Positions 57,494 through 64,000 of a stretch of DNA of 64,000 nucleotides are shown piece by piece. The translations under genes were made by a program, and so were the position numbers. How positions within the stretch are numbered: the stretch's first letter is position 1; every line of letters starts with the position of its first letter. The stretch comes from an uncultured Solirubrobacterales bacterium (GTDB lineage: Bacteria > Actinomycetota > Thermoleophilia > Solirubrobacterales > Solirubrobacteraceae). The DNA is taken from positions 384,818-448,817 of the forward strand of contig CAWEFU010000011.1 in the NCBI GenBank assembly GCA_963808325.1. The letters are read 5' to 3'. Under the pieces are notes generated by a model. It saw only the letters and a program-made list of their open reading frames with translations, ran no database searches and was not told the origin of the DNA.

Positions 57494-58606
57494 ATGCGGC
57501 GCACCAGGCTGGCGTTGGTTCTAGCCGTTGTCCTGTTCTCAATTGTGGGCAGCATTCAAGTGGCCTCCGCGTTCCGCGGAGAGCGACCGGCCCACGGGGA
57601 CTTCGACCGAGGGCTGCGGATCCAGTCGGTGTGCTTCTCGGTGACCAATCCGGCCGGGAGCACGAGCGTGCTCTACGGGCAGCGCTTCACCGAGCGGTGG
57701 GTGAGCTCCAGGACCCCGGCGATCGTCCTCGTGCACGGGGTCGCCTCCTCGACCCAGAACTGGGACTACTCGCCGCACTGGTCGGTCGCGCGGTCGCTGG
57801 CGCGGGCGGGATACGTGGTGATCTCATACGACCGGCTGGGCTACGCCAAGAGCAGCTATCTCGATCATCCCCGGGGTGGCCTCACGTTGACGACCTCAGT
57901 CCAGCGCGATCTCCTGCATCAGGTCGTCCGCGAGGTCAGGACTGGGGACTACGCCACGACCAGCGGCAGCGACTGCTCCTCACCTCAGCGGCCCAGCCGG
58001 CTGAGGAACCCCACCGTCGTGATCATCGGCCACAGCGCGGGCGGCTGGGTCGTGGCCGGGTACCCCGGCAAGTACCACGACGTTGCCGCGATGGTCCAGG
58101 CCGACATCACGGCCGGGACGCCGCTCGCCACGGGTCCGGACACCCACCTCATGGTCGATCCTAACCATCCCGACTACTTCCAGTTCTTCGGGACCAGCCA
58201 GGATTGCACGGCATTCGACATATATGCGCCCGGTGCCGTGCCCTCCGTGGCAAGGCTCGCCTGCACGCCTCCGTTCGTGGACTCGCCCCTGGGAGAGCTG
58301 TCGAACATCCCGGGGATTTACGCCGAGAACATCCCGCTCATCAAGAAGATCGGACCTACCATCCCGGTGCTGCTCACCTCGGGTGACCACGACGTGATCG
58401 TGCCGCCGGCCAACGCCAAGGCGGAGCTGGCCTTCTACAAGGCCAACTGCGGCTGCCGCGTCTCGCAGTTGATTCTGCCGAACACGGGGCACCTGTTCAT
58501 GGCCCACCGGTCGTTGCCGATCTGGGTTCACTACGTGGTCCACTGGCTGCGCGCCCATGGCCTATCCGCGGACCGGCAGCACCCACTCCGCGAGCACCTG
58601 GGCTAG
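57494..58606 (+). CDS. Secreted alpha/beta hydrolase
   Basis: Signal peptide, VLVHG, YDRLGYAKS, IGHSAGG, SGDHD, GHLF. Confidence 0.88.
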   Translation: MRRTRLALVLAVVLFSIVGSIQVASAFRGERPAHGDFDRGLRIQSVCFSVTNPAGSTSVLYGQRFTERWVSSRTPAIVLVHGVASSTQNWDYSPHWSVARSLARAGYVVISYDRLGYAKSSYLDHPRGGLTLTTSVQRDLLHQVVREVRTGDYATTSGSDCSSPQRPSRLRNPTVVIIGHSAGGWVVAGYPGKYHDVAAMVQADITAGTPLATGPDTHLMVDPNHPDYFQFFGTSQDCTAFDIYAPGAVPSVARLACTPPFVDSPLGELSNIPGIYAENIPLIKKIGPTIPVLLTSGDHDVIVPPANAKAELAFYKANCGCRVSQLILPNTGHLFMAHRSLPIWVHYVVHWLRAHGLSADRQHPLREHLG

Positions 58607-58875
58607 CAGTTCACGATGGCTGCGGGCGTGGGCGTTTAGCGCCTGGACGGACTCGGTCGCGTCTCCCCGATCATTTCGCCGCCACCGCGGGTGCACATGG
58701 TCGTAGTCGAACCTAAGGAGCGCGGACATGCTCAGCGCTGCACGTGTTGCGGCAAGGCTGCTGTCTGGTTCCGCGAAAGCGAGGGGAACCTGCTCGGCAT
58801 AGGTCAGCTCCCGCGCTGAGCCACCCCACCGCGTGCGCGGCCCTGCGGCAGCCCATCGAGTGTAGGGTGGCGCGC

Positions 58876-59520
58876 ATGGAGCAACTCAACGGCCTCGACG
58901 TCCCGCGGTCGCTCGACGAGGTTTGCCGGCCGGAGCGGCTCGGACTACTCGTCTACGACATGCAGGTGGGGATCTTGGAGCAGATCGGTGACCGAGAGAA
59001 AGTCATCGAGAACGTCCGGGCGGTCCTGGAAGCGGCAAGAGCCGCCAGGGTGAGGACGTACTTCACACGCCACGTGACGCTGCCGGTGGAGTTGATGGGC
59101 GTGGCCCAGTTGAGGATGTGGCGTGCCTGGCAACGCGTGGATCGCCTCGAGGATGTGCGCTCCCCGTTCTTGCCCGATGCTCCCCAGACTCAACTCGTCC
59201 CGGAGCTCAGGCCGAACGAGAAGGAGGCGGTGCTGGACAAGCTGACGCTGTCGGCCTTCGCGGGCACTCCTCTTGAGTTGGCGTTGCGGGGAGCGGGTAT
59301 CGATGCCGTGGCGATCGTCGGCGTGGCGACGGAGATTGGCATCGAACCGACTGTGCGGCACGCCGGCGACTTGGGCTTCATTCCCGTGGTCATAACCGAC
59401 GCGTGCGCTGCTGGAGATGCCGAGGCCGGCGCGCGGGCGACGGAGACCCTGCAGTTTCTCGGCGAGGCCTTCCTCACCGATGTGGTGGGGTTCCGTGACG
59501 CGCTGGCGCGACACGGCTGA
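58876..59520 (+). CDS. Isochorismatase/cysteine hydrolase family protein
   Basis: LLVYDMQ, DKLTLSAF, GVATEIGIEPT; start ATG 58876. Confidence 0.88.
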   Translation: MEQLNGLDVPRSLDEVCRPERLGLLVYDMQVGILEQIGDREKVIENVRAVLEAARAARVRTYFTRHVTLPVELMGVAQLRMWRAWQRVDRLEDVRSPFLPDAPQTQLVPELRPNEKEAVLDKLTLSAFAGTPLELALRGAGIDAVAIVGVATEIGIEPTVRHAGDLGFIPVVITDACAAGDAEAGARATETLQFLGEAFLTDVVGFRDALARHG

Positions 59521-59662
59521 AGCTCACACCGTGCGGAGCTCGATCGTGGTTCCCACCGCGCATTTGGACGACTGCCTGCGCGCAGCACCGCGCAAGCAGG
59601 TAACGGGAGGCCCGTGCCGTACGCTCCGAGCTCACCGGATCCCCATTGGAGAGAGGTGATCA

Positions 59663-60313
59663 TTGATGTGCGACTTCGAACATCACGGACCGCTCCCGCC
59701 GCTGTCCGAGGACGAGTACATCCTCAACACCGGCCGGGTGCGCGCGTTCGTCTCTGACGTGCGCGAGCGGATCAGTCACGCCGACTCCCCGCCGCAAGCG
59801 TGTGAGCACATCGGCCCATTGTTCGCCGAGCTGCTCGCCGACCGCGAGTGGCTGCCGGCCCGGTACCAGGTTCCGGCGGCCGCGAGTGGGATGGGTGGCG
59901 GCATCGGCCAGTGGCTGATCTTCCGGGCTGCCGACCGCGCACTGTCACTGTTCAGCCTGGTCGTTCCCCCGGGCGCGATGACGCCAGTCCACGACCATCT
60001 CGCCTGGGGCCTTGTCGGGATCTATCGCGGCCAGCAGGACGAGGAGTTCTACCGGCCCGGCGGCGGCCAGCTCGAACTTCTGCGCCGGCGGCCGCTCGAT
60101 CCCGGCGACTTCTACACGCTCCTGCCGCCGCGGGACGACATCCACCGCGTCCGGACCACCTCGCAGGAGACGTCGGTTTCGATCCACCTCCTGGCGAACG
60201 ACACCGGCTGCGTCTGGCGCCACACCTACGACGAGAACACCGGCGAGGCGAGCCCGTTTCGCTCGGGATACGTGAATGCCGAGTGTCTCGATTCGGCGGT
60301 GATCGATGCTTGA
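59663..60313 (+). CDS. Cysteine/3-mercaptopropionate dioxygenase-family cupin
   Basis: TPVHDHLAWGLV, DDIHRV, SVSIHL. Confidence 0.85.
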   Translation: MMCDFEHHGPLPPLSEDEYILNTGRVRAFVSDVRERISHADSPPQACEHIGPLFAELLADREWLPARYQVPAAASGMGGGIGQWLIFRAADRALSLFSLVVPPGAMTPVHDHLAWGLVGIYRGQQDEEFYRPGGGQLELLRRRPLDPGDFYTLLPPRDDIHRVRTTSQETSVSIHLLANDTGCVWRHTYDENTGEASPFRSGYVNAECLDSAVIDA

Positions 60314-60565
60314 GCAGCGAGACGTCGCACGCTCGCGGCTTTACGGTGAGCCAGCGCACGCGATTGCCCGGCTGCCCGCTGCGCCCGCACGACCAGGCGC
60401 TGGCACACCGATCGGTGGTTCTTAGCGGTGAAGGGGCAGGCCGAAGACCGAGCGTATTGCCAATTCGTCGCGGCTAGGCTGCCCGGAGTCGCTGCCTTCC
60501 GGGCTCGCGATCCAACTCGAAACCCAATGCGTCCGGCCGGCGAGGTCGCGCCCCCGGTCGGTGCG

Positions 60566-61438
60566 TCACGTCGCCGCCGTGTGCGGCACAGGAACGCCGG
60601 ACTCCCAGGGGAGGACCGTGCCGAACTGGACGAGCTCGCCGTAGAAGGCGGGGTCGAAAGTGGGCGCAAGGACGAGTTCGAGGGGCCATGACGCCGCCTG
60701 GGCGGGGGTCTGGGCCTGGCTCATGTCCTCGAACCATGGGCGAGACGCGTCGGTGTCGATCAGTCCGGGGCAGAGCGCCATGAGGAGCTTGTTCTCGGCG
60801 AGATCGCTGGTCCGGCGCTCTCGGGCGAGCGCGCGGACGGCGGCGACCTGGGCGACCTTAGATGGGATGTTCAGCCAGGTTCCATAGCCTTCCTGTTCGG
60901 CGCGGCCGTCGTGGACGGCCTGGCGCCATTCGGCGACCAGGGCGTCGACCGCGTCCAGGTTCTCGGCGGCCGCGGCAGCGAAGCGCCCGGCGACTCGGTC
61001 GCCGAGCTTGTCGAGCGTGCCCAGCGCGCTGGCCACGATGATCAACCGGCCCCCCGGGCGAAGGCGCGGGGCGAAGGCCCGCAGCATGCGGGTGGCCGCG
61101 AGGTTGTTGGTCTCGGAGACGGCGTCGACCTCGTCGACCGGGTCGACCTGCGGGCTCATCCGCGACGTCGCGTTCGAGAAGACGATGTCGACCTCCCCCA
61201 GCTCGGCGGCCAGCTTGGTGATGGCGTCGGCATCACGTACGTCGAGCACGCGGCCCTCGACACGTGCGACCGCCGGTCCGTCGGCGACGGCGGCCGCGGC
61301 GGCCTCGACGCGGTTAGGATCCCGGCCGCTCAGCAGGACCCGGTCCTGAGGCGCCATGCCCGCGGCCAAGCCTTTGACGAGCGCGCGTCCAAGCCCCTGA
61401 TTGGCGCCGGTGACGAGTGCGATTCGTGAAGCGATCAT
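60566..61438 (-). CDS. Short-chain dehydrogenase (carbonyl reductase-like)
   Basis: ALVTGANQGLG; active-site region reads LNIPSK instead of YxxSK. Confidence 0.85.
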   Translation of the reverse strand: MIASRIALVTGANQGLGRALVKGLAAGMAPQDRVLLSGRDPNRVEAAAAAVADGPAVARVEGRVLDVRDADAITKLAAELGEVDIVFSNATSRMSPQVDPVDEVDAVSETNNLAATRMLRAFAPRLRPGGRLIIVASALGTLDKLGDRVAGRFAAAAAENLDAVDALVAEWRQAVHDGRAEQEGYGTWLNIPSKVAQVAAVRALARERRTSDLAENKLLMALCPGLIDTDASRPWFEDMSQAQTPAQAASWPLELVLAPTFDPAFYGELVQFGTVLPWESGVPVPHTAAT

Positions 61439-61494
61439 GCCCTCAATCTAGCTTCGATCGGGCATGCCGTAAACGAGAATCTCGCACGACTACT

Positions 61495-61509
61495 ATGCGA
61501 AACACGCAT
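61495..61509. promoter_or_regulatory. LysR binding box ATGCG-N5-CGCAT (T-N11-A)
   Basis: Palindrome overlapping the lysR start, divergent from the SDR. Confidence 0.65.
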
Positions 61510-62428
61510 GTCTAGGCTGGACTTTTCGCCGAGCGGGTTGCGAGTCTTGCGCGAGGTCGCGCAGGCTGGTTCGTTTTCGGCCGCGGCGCAATCGCTCGGC
61601 TATACGCAGTCGGCTGTCTCGCGCCAGGTGGCAGCGCTCGAGGCCGTCACCGGCCGCGAGCTGTTTGAGCGCAGCCATAAGGGCGTCGCGATGACCCCGG
61701 CGGGAGCGCGCCTGCTGGCGAGTGCGGTCCGCGTCCTCGACGAACTCGACGGCGCACTCCGCGAGCTGGCGGACGAGGAGACCGCGGGTGGTCCGGTACG
61801 ACTCGGCGCGTTCGCGACGGCAGCGGCGGGTCTCGTGCCCACGGCGCTGAGATCGGTGCCGCCGCAGCTGAGAGTCACCGTGCGCGAGGGAACGACGCCC
61901 GCGCTGACCCGAGCCCTGCGGGCGGGCACGCTCGACCTTGCGATCCTCGCCCGCACGCCGCCCTTCCGGCCCCCTGACTCCGAGTCGCCTCCGCTTGAGC
62001 TTACGACGCTGGCGGAGCGCGAGCTGATGATCGGCGTCCCCGTGAGCCACCCGTTCGCGAGCACCCAGGCGGTCGACGTGCAGCAGCTGGAAGGCCAGGT
62101 CTGGGTCGCGAGTCGGTCCGACGCCGGCGAGTCGCTGCTCGGTGTGTGGCCGGGCCTCGCCGAGCGCCCAGACGTCCGCTACGTCGTCCGCGATTGGCTC
62201 GCCAAGCTCCAGATCGTCGCCGCCGGATTGGCCATCACGACGCTCGCCCCCGTCATGCTCCGGGCGCTTCCCGAGGGCGTCAAGTTTGTCGCCGTGCGCG
62301 GTGAGCCCCAAGAAACGCGCCGCGTTGTGCTGGCGCGGCCGCCCGGGGCGTTGGACGCCGCCACCGCCCGAGTGATCGACGCGGTAATCGTGGCCGCGCG
62401 TGAACCGCCCCTCGCGGCTACGGGCTGA
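61508..62428 (+). CDS. LysR-family transcriptional regulator
   Basis: GSFSAAAQSLGYTQSAVSRQVAALE, LFER, MTPAG. Confidence 0.95.
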   Translation: MSRLDFSPSGLRVLREVAQAGSFSAAAQSLGYTQSAVSRQVAALEAVTGRELFERSHKGVAMTPAGARLLASAVRVLDELDGALRELADEETAGGPVRLGAFATAAAGLVPTALRSVPPQLRVTVREGTTPALTRALRAGTLDLAILARTPPFRPPDSESPPLELTTLAERELMIGVPVSHPFASTQAVDVQQLEGQVWVASRSDAGESLLGVWPGLAERPDVRYVVRDWLAKLQIVAAGLAITTLAPVMLRALPEGVKFVAVRGEPQETRRVVLARPPGALDAATARVIDAVIVAAREPPLAATG

Positions 62429-62615
62429 CGCGAGGACGGGGCGCAGCTCATCGACTCCCTGTTCGGCCGCTGATCACTTTGGGACGTGGCCTGGTCAAAG
62501 CACGAATACGACGGCGACCGGTGCTGCGGCGAAGTGGAAAACGCCACACGATTGACTTGGGCGGCAGCCTGATTAGCTTCCGCATTGTGCAACGCGACTC
62601 AGCCTGGAGCAAACG

Positions 62616-63434
62616 GTGAACCATCCCCTACGCCCGCCGCTGCGACCCCTCGTGCCAGTCGCCCCTCCGACCGTGCCGGCGTGGCCCAGCTACAGGGGAG
62701 CTTCGCAGCTGGTTGGCACAACCAGCAGCGCGGTCAGCGTGTACGTCGATCCCAGTCTGGGCAACCCGGCCCTGCAGAACGCGCAAGACCTCCTCGCCGC
62801 CGCCGATCGGGTGGTGCAGCAGAACAACTCGATATTCGGCATCACGGGCGGCCCCGTGGACGTCATCGTGTTTGCGCTCAATGGGCGGACAGACGGCACC
62901 GGCGGCGCCGACCATGACGGATGCGATTTCACGAGCGGCGGCGCCATCGAGGTCGACGTCTCCTACGGGAACTCGACTCGTGTCGTGGCGTTGTTCGAGG
63001 CGGAGCTGAGCGAATGTGCGATGCATGGCCAGCTTTGCGGCTACAGCACCGGGGAGGCGCTGTCGCGGTGGTGCGCAGCTGTAGTCGGATCCAACGCCTT
63101 GTCGGACTTCGCGACTGCGCCGCAATGGGCCCAGGACGGGATGCCCAATTGGGTTGATCAGACCGAGCAGACCGATCAGGATCCCGACAGCACGGGGTGC
63201 GGGATGGCATTCCTGTCGTGGCTGATGAGCGAACGCCAGAGTCTCGGCCAGATAGCCCAGACGATGGTCAGCCTGGGTGACAATGGAACGTTGGCCCAGC
63301 TCTATGCCCGGCTGACGGGTGCCCCGGCAAGCGACGCGTGGCCGAGTTTCAGCTCAGCCGTCCGCGCCCTACCAGGCGGGGTGACGGGCGACGATCCGTT
63401 CGATGCGCTCGCCATCGCCGGCGCGTCGACGTGA
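62616..63434 (+). CDS. Hypothetical protein with a possible zincin-like core
   Basis: Coherent 272-aa ORF; FEAELSEC...STGEALSRW motif. Confidence 0.7.
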   Translation: MNHPLRPPLRPLVPVAPPTVPAWPSYRGASQLVGTTSSAVSVYVDPSLGNPALQNAQDLLAAADRVVQQNNSIFGITGGPVDVIVFALNGRTDGTGGADHDGCDFTSGGAIEVDVSYGNSTRVVALFEAELSECAMHGQLCGYSTGEALSRWCAAVVGSNALSDFATAPQWAQDGMPNWVDQTEQTDQDPDSTGCGMAFLSWLMSERQSLGQIAQTMVSLGDNGTLAQLYARLTGAPASDAWPSFSSAVRALPGGVTGDDPFDALAIAGAST

Positions 63435-63546
63435 TGCTCGGAGTGACCGATCGCAGAGCAGACTCGGGGGCATCACACTCATCGAGGAGCAGCTCGTCCT
63501 CGTCACAGGGCCCAGCGGCGAGGTGTTGTGGCCGCGCCCGTGACGA

Positions 63547-64000
63547 TCAGGCGATCATGCAGTAGTTGAGGTAAACGACGCCGCTTCGGAACCGGCGCTC
63601 ATCCACCAGCTCGAGCTCCACGCGGACGTTGTCGGGCAGTGCGCGCTTGCCGCCACCGACCACGATTGGCCCAACGAACAGCTGCCACTCGTCGACGAGG
63701 CCCGAGGCGATCGCCACGCCGGCGAGCTCGGCACCGCCGATCGTGATGTCCGACCCGGACGTCTCTTTGAGCCGCCGGATCACATCGGCGTCGAAGTCGC
63801 GCTCGATCCGCGTCCTCGCACTGGACAGCGTCTGAAGCGTCCGGGAGTACACGATCTTGTCGGCCGCCCGCCAGATCTCCGCGAATTCCCGACTCACGGC
63901 CGGCTGATCGGCGCCAGTACCCACGGTCTCCCAGGAGGCCATCGTCTCGTACATCCGACGCCCATACAGGTAGGTGCCGATCGGCCGCTCAAGGGCGTTG
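63547..64000 (-). CDS. Dihydrofolate reductase / RibD C-terminal family protein (5' end outside the window)
   Basis: TYLYGRRMYETM, KIVYSRTL, ITIGGAELA, GLVDEWQLFVGPIVVGGGK. Confidence 0.9.
   Translation of the reverse strand, partial: NALERPIGTYLYGRRMYETMASWETVGTGADQPAVSREFAEIWRAADKIVYSRTLQTLSSARTRIERDFDADVIRRLKETSGSDITIGGAELAGVAIASGLVDEWQLFVGPIVVGGGKRALPDNVRVELELVDERRFRSGVVYLNYCMIA

Overview
High-GC actinobacterial DNA, most consistent with Thermoleophilia/Solirubrobacterales. That placement is my inference from the System I ccmE/ccmF genes with a CPSKY-type CcmE, ppdK and the gene styles. I saw no rRNA, tRNA or CRISPR array. The first ~29 kb is mostly intact: ABC exporters, two-component systems, a sigma-70 factor, ppdK, a Tat phospholipase C, a hybrid kinase/HD-GYP operon, ccmE-ccmF-secG, and a secreted PHM-like copper monooxygenase fused to a cupredoxin. 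From ~29.7 to 56 kb, intact genes (qor, P450, zwf, satP, serine hydrolase) are mixed with many internally deleted or truncated gene remnants. An IS5-like element with a SEC-C passenger gene also lies there. Best leads: (1) a protein of 6-7 tandem Myb/SANT-like repeats, with a two-hairpin leader, divergent from an ANTAR two-component system; (2) the copper monooxygenase-cupredoxin fusion; (3) one MarR-type operator (TATCGT-N3-ACGATA) present three times, at zwf, marR/satP and a small-protein operon. Family assignments come from motif recognition, not database searches. Several start codons were re-picked by eye.
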